A stretch of DNA of 64,000 nucleotides from an uncultured Acidobacteriaceae bacterium (GCA_963820295.1 CAWFZI010000027.1:124954-188953), one strand, 5' to 3'. Counted from the first letter of the stretch, positions 9,274 through 20,907 are shown. Program-made: numbers and translations. The notes: generated from the sequence alone by a model not told the origin.

Positions 9274-11409
9274 TTACATCACCGGAACCTCAACGTGCGA
9301 CGCATGTTCCGCATCCTCAAAAATCGTGATCGTCGCCTGTTTGTAGTCCTTCGGCTTGGCCGTCATGATGTTCGGCACAAAGGTCTGCGGATTTCGGTCG
9401 TACAGCGGAAACCAGCTGCTCTGAATCTCCACCATCACCGTGTGCCCCGCCTTGAACACGTGGTCCACATCGTGCAGGCTGAATTTGTATTCCCGCACAG
9501 CGCCGGCCGGGATCGCTTCCGGCCGTTCAAAGCTCGTCAGGTAGCGCCCCCGAAAGATCTCCTCATTGGTCATCAGCTGGTACCCGCGCATCTTGGGATC
9601 GGCATCGTCCTGCGGATACTCGTCGATCAGCTTCACTACCATGTCGTTGTCTGTGCCTGTCGTCGATGCAAAAATGTCGGCCATCACTTCGCCTGTAACC
9701 ACCAGGTCTTTCGTCAACGCCGGCAGCTTCCATACCGCCACGTCCTTGCGGTCCGTCACGAAGCGCTGGTCCTCGGTGAGCCAGTTGTACCAATGCGAGC
9801 CTTCGGAATAGGTGGGCTGGATCGGCCTGTGCCGATAGGGAATCGGGTTCGCCGGATCGCTGATATAACTCGTCTCCTCGACCGTGGTCCTCTTGTTCCA
9901 GCTCAACGTGCCGGCGCCGCCCAGGTACAGCGCCGCAGGTTTCGACTTGGCCGGCGGAAAGTGCGCGTAGCGCTTCCATGTATTCGAGCCGGTTTGGAAA
10001 CTGGCCGTGTCTTCCAGATCGAACCCCGGCTCGTCCTTCAGATAGTGGCCAAAAAACTTCGCCTCAATCTGCCCGCGAAACTCATTCCCAATCGATTCGC
10101 CGTAATCGAGATTGCCCAGGTGCCGCAGAGACGCCGCCCACGATCCATGCCGCCACGGCCCCAGCACAAGAAAGTTCTCATGCTTCGTATCTTCCGGCTC
10201 CAGCTTCGCGTACTCCTCCTGAGGCCCCCACATATCTTCCTGGTCGTAGTAGCCGCCTACGCTCAGCGTGGGTACGGTTACGGCATTTAAGTGGTGCTCC
10301 ACACCGCGCGACGACCACACTGTGTCGTACGCCGGGTGCTCCAGGAAGAGCTTCCACGTGGGCAGTACTTTCGAGCCCGAACGCTTCACGTCCTGCGCAA
10401 AGTTCCCGCGCTCCAGAAAATAATCGAAGCCATCGCGCTGCTGGCCGTCCTTATCTTTTCCGTAGTCGACTTGAGCCCGCTCCTTGTTCGACTCCAGCCC
10501 CTTGACGTAGTCGTACCCGTAGCCCTGCCGGAACGCACCGTTGTGAAAGAAATCGTCGCCCATCCACACGTCAATCATCGGCGCCTGCGGCGAGATCGCC
10601 TTCACCGCCGAGTGCGGATCGATGCCCGCCGCCATCGCCAGAAACCCCGGATAGCTTGTGCCCACCACGCCGACGCGTCCGTTGTTGCCCTGGATGTTCT
10701 TGATCAGCCAATCCACCGTGTCGTAAGCGTCGGTGCTCTCGTCGATAGCCTTGGGATCTTTGTGGTCGGCCATCGGCCGGCTCATCACAAATGTGCCTTC
10801 GCTTTTGTAGCGCCCGCGGATGTCCTCGGCGACATAGATGTATCCATCGCGTGCCAGCTCCGGCCGCTGCGCAAAGAACGAAGCTCGCGTCGTTTCGTCT
10901 ACTCCATACGGCGTACGTTGCATCAGGATCGGTAGAGGCGTTGCAATGTCGGCCGGCTTCAGAATCACCGCATGAAGCTTCACCCCGTCACGCATGGGGA
11001 TCATGACTTCGGTCCGTTGATAGTCGTGGAAGACGTGATGCACAGGCTCGCCGGTTCGGCGGTAGGTGTGATCCTGAAGTGTGGAGAGGGTCAGACTCGC
11101 GCTGCGTCCGTTTGCATCGAGAGTGAAGTCGATTTTTTCCTTCACTCCAGCGCGCCCGAATTCGTTTGCCGAAACAGGTGTCAGCTCCGTCGGCACCTGC
11201 CGGTCCGACTCTTCTATCAGCTTCCCGTGGTCCACATAGAAACTCAGCGGCGTGTCCGGCTCGATTGGATCGGTATACTCGCCCGCCAACGCCTGAAGTT
11301 GTGCGGCGGTAACCTCCAGCGCATCTTTGGCTGTGGCCCGGCAGACTTTGTTCGAACCCAAAGACAAAACAAGACACAAAACAACTGGAACGACACCGTG
11401 TCGGACCAA
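9274..11409 (-). CDS. Secreted CocE/NonD-family serine hydrolase (S15 X-Pro dipeptidyl-peptidase-like)
   Basis: 711 aa with a signal peptide. GTSYPG nucleophile elbow and a C-terminal beta-sandwich region typical of the family. Confidence 0.75.
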   Translation of the reverse strand: MVRHGVVPVVLCLVLSLGSNKVCRATAKDALEVTAAQLQALAGEYTDPIEPDTPLSFYVDHGKLIEESDRQVPTELTPVSANEFGRAGVKEKIDFTLDANGRSASLTLSTLQDHTYRRTGEPVHHVFHDYQRTEVMIPMRDGVKLHAVILKPADIATPLPILMQRTPYGVDETTRASFFAQRPELARDGYIYVAEDIRGRYKSEGTFVMSRPMADHKDPKAIDESTDAYDTVDWLIKNIQGNNGRVGVVGTSYPGFLAMAAGIDPHSAVKAISPQAPMIDVWMGDDFFHNGAFRQGYGYDYVKGLESNKERAQVDYGKDKDGQQRDGFDYFLERGNFAQDVKRSGSKVLPTWKLFLEHPAYDTVWSSRGVEHHLNAVTVPTLSVGGYYDQEDMWGPQEEYAKLEPEDTKHENFLVLGPWRHGSWAASLRHLGNLDYGESIGNEFRGQIEAKFFGHYLKDEPGFDLEDTASFQTGSNTWKRYAHFPPAKSKPAALYLGGAGTLSWNKRTTVEETSYISDPANPIPYRHRPIQPTYSEGSHWYNWLTEDQRFVTDRKDVAVWKLPALTKDLVVTGEVMADIFASTTGTDNDMVVKLIDEYPQDDADPKMRGYQLMTNEEIFRGRYLTSFERPEAIPAGAVREYKFSLHDVDHVFKAGHTVMVEIQSSWFPLYDRNPQTFVPNIMTAKPKDYKQATITIFEDAEHASHVEVPVM

Positions 11410-11430
11410 GGCGAGTACCTCCAGGAATTT

Positions 11431-12426
11431 CTAGTGCGAGTGGCCGTGATGGCTATGAGCTCCGCTGGTTGCCATCTCTTCCATCGGGACCACGCAGCCA
11501 GAGACCTCTTCGCAGCCCACATGCTCAAACTGCACCGTGGTATGGCTGATATGGAAGTGCTCGTGCAACACATGGTTGAGCTTCACCAGAATACAGGCGC
11601 TCTCTGAAGGGGGAATATCCGCAATGGTCACGTGGCAGGCCAAGGCGCTCGAACTCGAGCCCAGGCACCAGACGTGCAAATCGTGCACGTCGACCACGCC
11701 CTCCACCGCTTCCATGCTTGCCCGGATCTCATTCAGCGAAATACCCCGCGGCGTGCCCTCAAGCAGAATGTTCAGTGTCTCGCGCACAATGCCGACACTC
11801 GACCACAGAATTAACGCGGCGATAATCAGCGACAGCACAGGATCGATCCAGTTCTGCCCGGTCAGCAGAATCCCGACGCCCCCCGCAATCACCGCCGCCG
11901 TCGAAAGTGTGTCTCCGGCCATGTGCAGAAAAGCGCTGCGCATGTTCACGTCGCGCGCCACGCCCCATAACAGAGCCGCAATCACGCCGTTCATCACCAC
12001 ACCGGCTGCCGCCACGGTCATCATCAGCTTGGGCTGAACGGCCACCGGCACACTGAGCCGATGGATCGCTTCAATCCCGATCCACCCTGCAATCACGATC
12101 AGGGTCACGGCGTTCACAAAGGCGGCCAGCACACCGGCGCGCTGATAGCCGAAGGTCTTCGAATCGTTGGCCGGGCGCGCCTGGAAATAAATCGCAACAA
12201 AGCTCAGCAGCAGGGCCAGAAAATCGGAGATGTTGTGTCCCGCCTCGGAGAGCAGCGCCAGGGAATGCGCCCTCAGTCCCGCCACAAACGTCACAATGAC
12301 GTAGGCAAGTGTCGCTGCCAGCGAGATTTGCAGCACGGACTGTGTCCGTTTCGCGCCCGGTCCTGCGGGCGCCGCGTGGACATGCATACTCTCAGTGTAA
12401 TCGGGGCCAGAAACCTGCGCGAACAC
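11431..12426 (-). CDS. Cation diffusion facilitator (CzcD/ZitB-like) metal efflux transporter
   Basis: 331 aa. SLALLSEAGHNISD and HMAGDTLS motifs and a His-rich C-terminus (HSHHGHSH). Confidence 0.85.
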   Translation of the reverse strand: MFAQVSGPDYTESMHVHAAPAGPGAKRTQSVLQISLAATLAYVIVTFVAGLRAHSLALLSEAGHNISDFLALLLSFVAIYFQARPANDSKTFGYQRAGVLAAFVNAVTLIVIAGWIGIEAIHRLSVPVAVQPKLMMTVAAAGVVMNGVIAALLWGVARDVNMRSAFLHMAGDTLSTAAVIAGGVGILLTGQNWIDPVLSLIIAALILWSSVGIVRETLNILLEGTPRGISLNEIRASMEAVEGVVDVHDLHVWCLGSSSSALACHVTIADIPPSESACILVKLNHVLHEHFHISHTTVQFEHVGCEEVSGCVVPMEEMATSGAHSHHGHSH

Positions 12427-12438
12427 CCTTTACTGACA

Positions 12439-12912
12439 TCAGCTTGCCTGAGGCGGTTCTTTCGGAGATGGCTGCAGCGAAAATGCATGGGCCGACATCT
12501 CCGAGAGCGCGACCCTCAGGCCCGACCACCCCTCCGCCACGATGATGCTGTTTTGCGGGCTGCCAGGCAGGTAGCGCACCGAGCAGGGGAATCCAGCGCG
12601 CACCTCCGCTGGGTTCACCACGTCCGCCATCGCCGTAATGTCCTGGGAGCACTCGTACTCCACGCCCCCGATTCGGTAGCTGTACTCGAGCATCGTCAGC
12701 GCACTGCCTTCTTCCAGCGGCATCACCCTGACATCCAGCAGCATGCCATCCACAAGCCGCCCGATTGACGAAAGCTTGGCACGCCGCGCTCGCTCAATCT
12801 CCTCCTGCGTGGGCCTACGTCGCCGCAGCCACCATACTGCGCACGCCCCCACAGACGCCGCCAGCACCAGCGCGGAGGCGGTTTCCCATGAGCTTGGCTT
12901 GAAGAGGGTCAT
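12439..12912 (-). CDS. Membrane-anchored hypothetical protein (DUF3592-like)
   Basis: 157 aa with one N-terminal TM helix. The YSYRIGGVEYECSQ pattern resembles DUF3592. Confidence 0.4.
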   Translation of the reverse strand: MTLFKPSSWETASALVLAASVGACAVWWLRRRRPTQEEIERARRAKLSSIGRLVDGMLLDVRVMPLEEGSALTMLEYSYRIGGVEYECSQDITAMADVVNPAEVRAGFPCSVRYLPGSPQNSIIVAEGWSGLRVALSEMSAHAFSLQPSPKEPPQAS

Positions 12913-13082
12913 TCCGATGGAACTCGTCCCAGGAGTTTGCCTTCAGCATACCGCAGCTTTCACCGTCCAACCCTGCGCGCGTCCACGAACGTGCCCAGTC
13001 CGGTACCCCGCGCGCTCCCACGAGGTAGGATTGAAGACCGCCCCCCGGTCGGCTTAGACTCATTCCACGGAGGAGCAGGGCC

Positions 13083-13724
13083 ATGAAGGTTGGAGTTCTC
13101 GGATCGGGCGACGTGGCGAAAGTTCTCGCCGCTGGTTTTCTTAAACATGGGCACTCCGTCACCATCGGGTCCCGCACACCGGAAAAGCTCTCCGACTGGG
13201 CTACCAAGAATGCCGGCGTGCGTATTGGAACCTTCGCCGACGCAGCCGCGTTCGGCGAGTTGCTGGTGCTGGCCGTCAAAGGCACTGTCGCCGCCGATGC
13301 ACTGCGCCTCGCTGGAGCGCCAAATCTCACAGGCAAGCCCGTCATCGACGCCTGCAACCCCATCGCCGACACCCCGCCTGTCCACGGCGTTCTGCCGTTC
13401 TACACCGATCATGAACGCTCGTTGATGGAGCAGCTTCAGCGCGAATTCTCCGGGGCCCACTTTGTTAAAGCGTTCAACTCGGTCGGCAGCGCGCTCATGA
13501 TCAACCCGCAGTTTCAAGAGGGCAAACCTACCATGTTCATCTGCGGCAACAGCGAGGCCGCGAAGAAAACGGTGGCCGGGATCTGCGATCAGTTTGGCTG
13601 GGATGTCGCCGACATGGGCGCCGCGGAAGCGGCCCGCGCTATCGAGCCGCTTTGTATCCTGTGGTGCATTCCAGGCTTCCTCCGTGGTGAATGGGGTCAC
13701 GCCTTCAAACTGCTGCGGAAATAG
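13083..13724 (+). CDS. NADP oxidoreductase, F420-dependent-reductase/ProC-like family
   Basis: 213 aa. N-terminal MKVGVLGSGDVAKVLA Rossmann motif. A strong Shine-Dalgarno (SD) ribosome-binding sequence (GGAGGAG) lies upstream. Confidence 0.65.
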   Translation: MKVGVLGSGDVAKVLAAGFLKHGHSVTIGSRTPEKLSDWATKNAGVRIGTFADAAAFGELLVLAVKGTVAADALRLAGAPNLTGKPVIDACNPIADTPPVHGVLPFYTDHERSLMEQLQREFSGAHFVKAFNSVGSALMINPQFQEGKPTMFICGNSEAAKKTVAGICDQFGWDVADMGAAEAARAIEPLCILWCIPGFLRGEWGHAFKLLRK

Positions 13725-13864
13725 CGAGCCAGGACGCGGCAAGCATCAGCGCCGTCAGCTTGCCTTGACCCCGCGCATCGCCCTTCCGTATCCTCGGGGC
13801 GAGATCGCGTGCGTTTCTTCCCGTCCTCAACCCGCCTTACCTGAACCGCCCGAGGAGAATCCCC

Positions 13865-16321
13865 ATGAGCACGACTGCTCCCGCCGCTTCCATCGGCCTC
13901 GCTGCTCAACCGCTTCTCGTGCGTCGCGCAGCTGTGCTCGGGGCAGGCACCATGGGCTCGCGCATTGCCGCCCACCTCGCCAACGCCGGCATCCCTGTCT
14001 TCCTCTTCGATATGGTTCCCGATGGCGAAGGTCCGCGCAGCCGGCTTGCCACAGCCGCAGTAGCCGCTTTGGCCAAGACCAAGCCGGCCGCGCTGTATGA
14101 GGCCTCGAAAGGCGCGCTCATCACCCCCGGCAACTTCGACGACGATCTTCCCAAGCTCGCTCAGTGCGACTGGGTCATTGAAGCCGTTGCAGAAAACCTC
14201 GAAATCAAAACCGCGCTGCTTGCCCGCGTTCTTCCGCACCTGGGCCCCAAAGCCGTGCTCACCACCAACACCTCGGGCTTGCCGGTCAGCAAGATCGCCG
14301 CGGGCCTGACCGCGAAGCGCGATCGATTCTTCGGGACGCACTTCTTCAATCCGCCGCGCTACATGCGCCTGCTTGAAATCATTCCGACCGGCGAAACTGA
14401 TCCCGCCGTCGTCTCATCCTTTGCCGCCTTCGCCGATCGCCTTCTGGGCAAGCAAATCGTCTTCGCCCACGACACGCCCAACTTCATCGCCAACCGCATC
14501 GGCGTCGCCGTCATGTTCTCCGCCGCAACCCTGATGTTGGACCAGGGACTGACCATTGAAGAAGTCGACGCCCTCACCGGCCCCGCAATCGGCTGGCCGC
14601 GCACCGGCACCTTCCGTCTTGCCGACATGGTAGGCATCGACATCCTCGCGCACGTCGCAGCGAATTTCCCCGCCGGCGCCATGCCCGGCCGCTTCTCTGA
14701 GATACTCGCCGAGATCGTCAAGCGTGGCTGGCTCGGCGATAAATCCAAACAGGGCTTTTACAGGAAATCTCGAAGCGCGGAAGGCAAAGAAGAGCGCTTC
14801 GTCCTCGACCTCAACACCCTCGAATACCGCCCCTTCGTCAAACCATCCATCCCCGCGCTGGAGATGGCCAAGAACGCGCCAACGGTAGAAGAGCGCCTGC
14901 GCCTTCTGCTGGCCAACGATCCCTCCAAAGATAAAGCCGCTAAATTTCTGAGGCCGTTTCTCTCCAATCTTTGGAACTACGCCGCCGACCGCATCGGCGA
15001 AGTTGCCGACGACGCGCCTTCGATCGATGCGGCCCTGCGCGCCGGCTTCAACTGGGAGCTCGGCCCGTTTCAAATGATGGACGCAGTCGGCTTGCGCGAA
15101 ACCGTGGCCCGCATGGAGACGCTCCAGCTTGCCCGTCTCCCGCGCGATCGCGCCGCCTTCTCGACTCGTGCCGCCGAAGCAGCCAAGATCTCCTGGTACT
15201 CGCCCGACGGCCCGCAATGTTTCAACCCCGCAACAGGCGCATGGGAATCCATCCCGCAGCAACCCGGCCACGCCCGCGTTGCCGATTTCCGCCGGGCCCA
15301 CGGCATCGTCCGCGGCAACTCGGCCGCGTCGCTCGTCGACATCGGCGACGGCGTCGGCTGCATCGAGCTGCACTCCCTGAAGAACGCCCTGGGCGGCGAT
15401 GTAGTCGCCTTCGTGAACTCCGTCCTCCGCCCGGACTCCGATGCCGTCCGCGACTTCTCCGCATTTGTCCTCACCGGTGATCGCGACAACTTCAGCGTCG
15501 GCGCAAACCTGTTACAGCTTCTGCTGGTCGCGCAAGAGGGCGAGTGGGACGAGGTCGATCTCGCGATTCGAAGCTTTCAGCAGATGACCGCGGCCATCAA
15601 GTTCTGCCCGCGCCCCGTCGTGGTCGCACCCTTCGGGCTCACCTTTGGCGGTGGCGCTGAAATTTGCCTTCACGCGGCGCGCCGCCAGCCCCACGCTGAA
15701 ACCTACATCGGCCTCGTTGAATCCGGCGTGGGCCTCATCCCCGGTGGCGGCGGCACCAAGGAAATGCTGCTTCGCGCCATCGACGGGGCCGCCTCTGTCG
15801 CTCCACCCGACCCGCGCGATCCGCCTTCCCGCTTCGCCCAATCTGCCGAAGTAGCCGACGGACTCAAGCGCTCCCTCGAAACCATCGCCATGGCCAAAGT
15901 CTCGACGTCGGCCGCCGAGGCCCGTGCCCTTGGACTGCTCTCCTCCTCCGACCGCATCACGCTCAACCGCGAGAGGCAGCTGCTCGATGCAAAAAACGCT
16001 GCTGCCGCTCTCGCCGCCGCCGGCTACTCCGCGCCCGTGCCGCGCACCCAAATTCCCGCACCCGGCCTCAATGCACTGGGAGCTCTCGAAACCGGCATCT
16101 TCCTCATGGGCGAAGCAGGCTACGCCTCCGAACACGATCAGAAGGTCGCGCGCTGGGCCGCCTACATCCTCTGCGGCGGACGCGTCACGGCCGGCAGGCC
16201 CGTCTCCGAGCAGTACCTCCTCGACCTCGAGCGCGAAGCCTTCCTTTCCCTGTGCGGCGAGCGCAAAACCCAGGAGCGCATTGCGTATACACTCAAAACC
16301 GGGAAACCTCTCAGAAACTAG
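13865..16321 (+). CDS. Fused 3-hydroxyacyl-CoA dehydrogenase / enoyl-CoA hydratase (FadN-type domain order)
   Basis: 818 aa. N-terminal GAGTMGSRIA NAD-binding 3HCDH domain and a C-terminal crotonase-like region. Confidence 0.85.
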   Translation: MSTTAPAASIGLAAQPLLVRRAAVLGAGTMGSRIAAHLANAGIPVFLFDMVPDGEGPRSRLATAAVAALAKTKPAALYEASKGALITPGNFDDDLPKLAQCDWVIEAVAENLEIKTALLARVLPHLGPKAVLTTNTSGLPVSKIAAGLTAKRDRFFGTHFFNPPRYMRLLEIIPTGETDPAVVSSFAAFADRLLGKQIVFAHDTPNFIANRIGVAVMFSAATLMLDQGLTIEEVDALTGPAIGWPRTGTFRLADMVGIDILAHVAANFPAGAMPGRFSEILAEIVKRGWLGDKSKQGFYRKSRSAEGKEERFVLDLNTLEYRPFVKPSIPALEMAKNAPTVEERLRLLLANDPSKDKAAKFLRPFLSNLWNYAADRIGEVADDAPSIDAALRAGFNWELGPFQMMDAVGLRETVARMETLQLARLPRDRAAFSTRAAEAAKISWYSPDGPQCFNPATGAWESIPQQPGHARVADFRRAHGIVRGNSAASLVDIGDGVGCIELHSLKNALGGDVVAFVNSVLRPDSDAVRDFSAFVLTGDRDNFSVGANLLQLLLVAQEGEWDEVDLAIRSFQQMTAAIKFCPRPVVVAPFGLTFGGGAEICLHAARRQPHAETYIGLVESGVGLIPGGGGTKEMLLRAIDGAASVAPPDPRDPPSRFAQSAEVADGLKRSLETIAMAKVSTSAAEARALGLLSSSDRITLNRERQLLDAKNAAAALAAAGYSAPVPRTQIPAPGLNALGALETGIFLMGEAGYASEHDQKVARWAAYILCGGRVTAGRPVSEQYLLDLEREAFLSLCGERKTQERIAYTLKTGKPLRN

Positions 16322-16328
16322 GCGAGGG

Positions 16329-16946
16329 ATGAAGCGCAAGGCACGCATCGGGATGGCCGCCGCATTGCTTGGCATGGGAACCGCCGCAGCGTATGCCCAG
16401 GACACCGCGTCGATGCCCCTATCGCGATTGACAGAGACGGGCCACCTTGTCAGCAACGGTCATCCCGCTTCCTACGTGATTCACCGCCTGCCGCCCAGTT
16501 CTTTTCCTCAGCTCCCGCAGGCCGTCGCCGATCTGCTTGACCGCCGCGGCTGCCTGATTCCCCAAACCTTTCAGGCGCACCATCCCGAAAATGTTGTGCA
16601 CGCCGCCCTGGAACATGCCGGCTCCGTCGATTGGGCCGTGCTCTGCTCGGTTAAAGGCGACGTCTCGCTCATGGTTTTTTTCGCCGGCGCGCCGGAGCAT
16701 CCCATGATCCTCGCGACGGCTCCGGAAAACGAGCATCTCCAGATGCACGATCTCAGTGGCGTGCTCGGGTTCAACTGGGGCATCGACCCTGCCTCCCCGC
16801 TGCGCGTCCACCAGGCGCAGGCAGGCATGGAACACCGCCCCCCGCGCCTCGATCACGACGCCCTCGCCGACTCCGTCATTGACCACCGCACCGTCTTTCA
16901 CTTCTTTAATGGGGACAAGTGGACGCTGGTCGACCTCCCGGAATAA
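16329..16946 (+). CDS. Secreted hypothetical protein embedded between the beta-oxidation genes
   Basis: The internal ATG at 16329 gives MKRKARIGMAAALLGMGTAAAYAQD, a signal peptide. I recognise no family. Confidence 0.45.
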   Translation: MKRKARIGMAAALLGMGTAAAYAQDTASMPLSRLTETGHLVSNGHPASYVIHRLPPSSFPQLPQAVADLLDRRGCLIPQTFQAHHPENVVHAALEHAGSVDWAVLCSVKGDVSLMVFFAGAPEHPMILATAPENEHLQMHDLSGVLGFNWGIDPASPLRVHQAQAGMEHRPPRLDHDALADSVIDHRTVFHFFNGDKWTLVDLPE

Positions 16947-17008
16947 TCTCGACCTAGTTTTGGGTGCCTGATCACTGAACCCTGATCCCTGTTTTCTGGA
17001 GAGTTCCC

Positions 17009-18193
<1,185 letters not shown>

Positions 18194-18216
18194 CTGCGGT
18201 TGCATTTCTCGAAGCC

Positions 18217-18275
18217 CCAATCAGCACGAAAATGGGTGCCGACGGTCCCTCGCTTTTGGAGACCCGGGAAGATTG
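18217..18275 (+). repeat. Repeat family A copy (degenerate stem)
   Basis: CCAATCAGCACGAAAATGGGTGCCGACGGTCCCTCGCTTTTGGAGACCCGGGAAG. Confidence 0.5.
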
Positions 18276-18329
18276 AAGCCACGCGCGCGAAACTACCTGT
18301 CGTCCTCAGATCTTCACTTGCCAATGCGG

Positions 18330-18414
18330 TGTCATCCTGAGAACCCGCGCGCCTGGGGCCCTGTGGGCGACGCAGTCGCACATGGGGTAAGCGGGTCGAA
18401 GGATCTGCTTCTGC
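18330..18414 (+). repeat. Repeat family C, long form
   Basis: TGTCATCCTGAGAACC...GGGGTAAGCGGGTCGAAGGATCTGCTTCTG. Confidence 0.65.
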
Positions 18415-18434
18415 CCTTCAACTCAACCATCCAC

Positions 18435-18469
18435 CAAAAACAAAACGGCCGGGATCGCTCCCGGCCGTT
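18435..18469 (-). terminator. Rho-independent terminator of rpsT
   Basis: On the minus strand: AACGGCCGGGAGCGATCCCGGCCGTT followed by TTGTTTTTGG. Confidence 0.65.
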
Positions 18470-18485
18470 CCATGCAAAATCGCAG

Positions 18486-18785
18486 TTACTTGGTCTTGGC
18501 AGCCGCCGGCGTAGCCGTCGACAAAACCAGCGTCTTCAACCGTGCGTTCAGGCGGCTCTTGTACCGGGAAACGGTGTTCGCATGCAGCACGCCCTTCTGC
18601 ACGCTCTTGTCGAGCAGCGAGACGGTGGCGCTGTACTGTGCCTGGGCGGCCTTCTTGTCGCCCTTCACCAAGGCCTCGCGCAGCAGGCGCAGGCTACCGC
18701 GGACGCGGGTGCGGTTGGCGCGGTTCACTTCGGTGCGGGTGACGGTCTGACGGGCGCGCTTCAGCGACGAAACATGATTTGCCAT
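18486..18785 (-). CDS. rpsT: 30S ribosomal protein S20
   Basis: 99 aa. [13 protein letters not shown]... is typical of S20. Confidence 0.95.
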   Translation of the reverse strand: MANHVSSLKRARQTVTRTEVNRANRTRVRGSLRLLREALVKGDKKAAQAQYSATVSLLDKSVQKGVLHANTVSRYKSRLNARLKTLVLSTATPAAAKTK

Positions 18786-19033
18786 GGTTGTTCCTTAATC
18801 TTTTGGCCCCGAAAGCATGTGACGGCGCGTCTCAAGGGCTGGATGATGCGGGTAAGAATGCAACTGGAGCGGCATCCCTCGCAATTTCATAGTCTACGGG
18901 AAACCGGGCTGGGGGTCAACGTCGGCGGCGGTGGCGGGTTTTCAGCGAAAATCTGGTTCATCTTTTCTTTACCTGAATTCCTGTTCGGGCAGCTATCGTA
19001 GACCGTGCTGCGCCCCTCAACTAGGAGGATGGA

Positions 19034-19555
19034 ATGCCTTTTCAAAGACGCCAACTGCTTCGAACGCTGTCCTTTGTCTTCGGGTCGAGCTTACTTGGCA
19101 GCCGAAGTCAACTCGCCGCCGCTGCGCAGACACCCGAGCAGCCAAAGGTCCCCCCTTCTGCAACAGGACCGGAAATGGAAAAGGTGCTGGGGATTGGGGG
19201 CTTGTTCTTCCGCGCGCACGATCCCAAGGCATTAGGCCTTTGGTACCAGCAGCACCTGGGCATCGCCCTCATGCCAACGGGCCTTAACGATTCGGTGTGG
19301 CAGCAGGAGGCGGGCCCCACCGTGTTCGCTCCCTTCAAGGAGACGACCGGCTACTTCGGAGACCTGAGCAAGTCGTGGATGGTGAATTTTCGCGTTCGCG
19401 ATCTCGATAAGATGGCCGCACAACTCCAGGCAGCAGGAATCGCAGTCAAGGTCGACCCGCAGTCGTACCCCAACGGCCGGTTCGCCCGCCTCAACGACCC
19501 CGAAGGCAACCCCATCGAGTTGTGGCAGCCAAAGGCTCCGGACACGAAAAGCTAG
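19034..19555 (+). CDS. Exported VOC (glyoxalase/bleomycin-resistance fold) family protein with a Tat-type signal
   Basis: 173 aa. MPFQRRQLLRTLSF twin-arginine leader. The mature part is paralogous to the 30341..30730 product (GGLFFRAHDPKALGLWYQQHLGI vs GGVFFKARDPKALSAWYEQHFGI). Confidence 0.7.
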   Translation: MPFQRRQLLRTLSFVFGSSLLGSRSQLAAAAQTPEQPKVPPSATGPEMEKVLGIGGLFFRAHDPKALGLWYQQHLGIALMPTGLNDSVWQQEAGPTVFAPFKETTGYFGDLSKSWMVNFRVRDLDKMAAQLQAAGIAVKVDPQSYPNGRFARLNDPEGNPIELWQPKAPDTKS

Positions 19556-19738
19556 GGGCGATCCAGTCCAAGACTGTCTCCGAGATTTCTCTTGGGTTAC
19601 CGCCCTAACGCGTAGCTCCAGAACGAGGTTGCTTCCCAGTTGCCCACTCTCCCCGAACATAGAAGTTCTGTGGTTGCTAGTTGGCGAAGATCAGCAACCG
19701 TGCCTAAAATATGCATCTGTGCGCATTGGAGAACTCTG

Positions 19739-20398
19739 ATGACAATTCCCGATGCTTTCCTTACGGGCAGGTTGGCAGATGAAAATGGCCTTCCTCCGCA
19801 ATCGGCCAGTTTCACGGTCGTGACCGAAGGGGAGTTTCATGGTCAACACGGATTCGGAAGAATTCAAGGAGATCACGGATGCGCTCCCAACGGGAGCTTC
19901 ACCTCGCCGCCACTTCCCCGAGGAAGATACTTCCTGCGCTTTTTTGGAATACTCCGGGCACCTGCGCTCGAAGCGGATAAGGGATTCAAGCAGCATCGCG
20001 TCTTTGACTTCATCTATCCGAACGCGGCAACTGTGACAGAGGCCGTTCCCTTTGAAGTCCAAGCAGGTGAGACGGTGAGTGTTGACATTCAGGTACCCAA
20101 ACCTGTCTGGTTCAACATCGCCGGGCGCGTCAAAAGGGGTTCGCCAATCGAGGAGCGCAATGTAGACGTGATGTTTCAACGGAGTATGGGAATCCTGCCG
20201 GATGTCGGAGGCATAGGATTTCGGATTAAACCCGACGGAAGCTTTGAAGGAATGCTCTTGGGAGGGTCGTATGTGGCGTCTCTGCATGAGATGACAAATC
20301 CAGAACCGAGCGGCTATGCGCGGTCAATAAAGCAGTCTGGTTCCACATTGGTGATCATCGGGCAAGACACTTTGAATCTCGAAATCCAGATGCAGTAG
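19739..20398 (+). CDS. Hypothetical protein (possibly two carboxypeptidase-regulatory-like beta-sandwich repeats) in a low-GC segment
   Basis: ATG at 19739 (MTIPDAFLTGRL). No signal peptide. Three 60-nt lines counted by hand gave 47-53% GC, against about 67% in a typical line. Confidence 0.4.
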   Translation: MTIPDAFLTGRLADENGLPPQSASFTVVTEGEFHGQHGFGRIQGDHGCAPNGSFTSPPLPRGRYFLRFFGILRAPALEADKGFKQHRVFDFIYPNAATVTEAVPFEVQAGETVSVDIQVPKPVWFNIAGRVKRGSPIEERNVDVMFQRSMGILPDVGGIGFRIKPDGSFEGMLLGGSYVASLHEMTNPEPSGYARSIKQSGSTLVIIGQDTLNLEIQMQ

Positions 20399-20481
20399 AG
20401 GTCGTTTCCTCCGAGTATTTGAGTAGCGAGCGTGTCACCCGCTATCGGCAATTACTCTTTTGCCAACAGGCAGGTCCTTTT

Positions 20482-20907
20482 TCAAAGCCGGTCCTTCGAA
20501 GTCAACAATCCAACGTGATCCGCCCCGGCGCCCCTTCCAATATCCATCACCCGCACAACAGTGGCGAAATCAAGAGCGTCATCCCCTTGGATACACAGAA
20601 CCCGGTTCGCCCCAACAGAAAAGAGGCCGCTGAGCCGGCTCCCAAGATCATTCAAGCTCACACTCTCCTGATTGACCGTGTAGCTCAGGACTCCATCGCG
20701 GGCACGCAGGATCTGCACCACAACGGGCGTGTCGGAGCCCGAATTTGCGTTCGACGAAGGGTGAGGCAACGCTGCATCCAAACCGTGCGGCAGTGCAGGA
20801 GCAATGACCATGAAGATGATCAACAGCACCAGCAGTACGTCGATCAGCGGAGTCACATTGATCTCGCCCCGCAGTTGCCCTGAAACATAACCATTCTCGG
20901 CTGCCAT
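20482..20907 (-). CDS. exbD: ExbD/TolR-family biopolymer transport protein (no adjacent exbB/tonB)
   Basis: EINVTPLIDVLLVLLIIFMV motif. ATG at 20907 is preceded by AAGGAGGA. Confidence 0.8.
   Translation of the reverse strand: MAAENGYVSGQLRGEINVTPLIDVLLVLLIIFMVIAPALPHGLDAALPHPSSNANSGSDTPVVVQILRARDGVLSYTVNQESVSLNDLGSRLSGLFSVGANRVLCIQGDDALDFATVVRVMDIGRGAGADHVGLLTSKDRL

Noticed and set aside
12960-13742. 260-aa ORF antisense to the NADP oxidoreductase gene.
   Set aside because: It is a shadow frame. The plus-strand gene has a Rossmann motif and a strong RBS.
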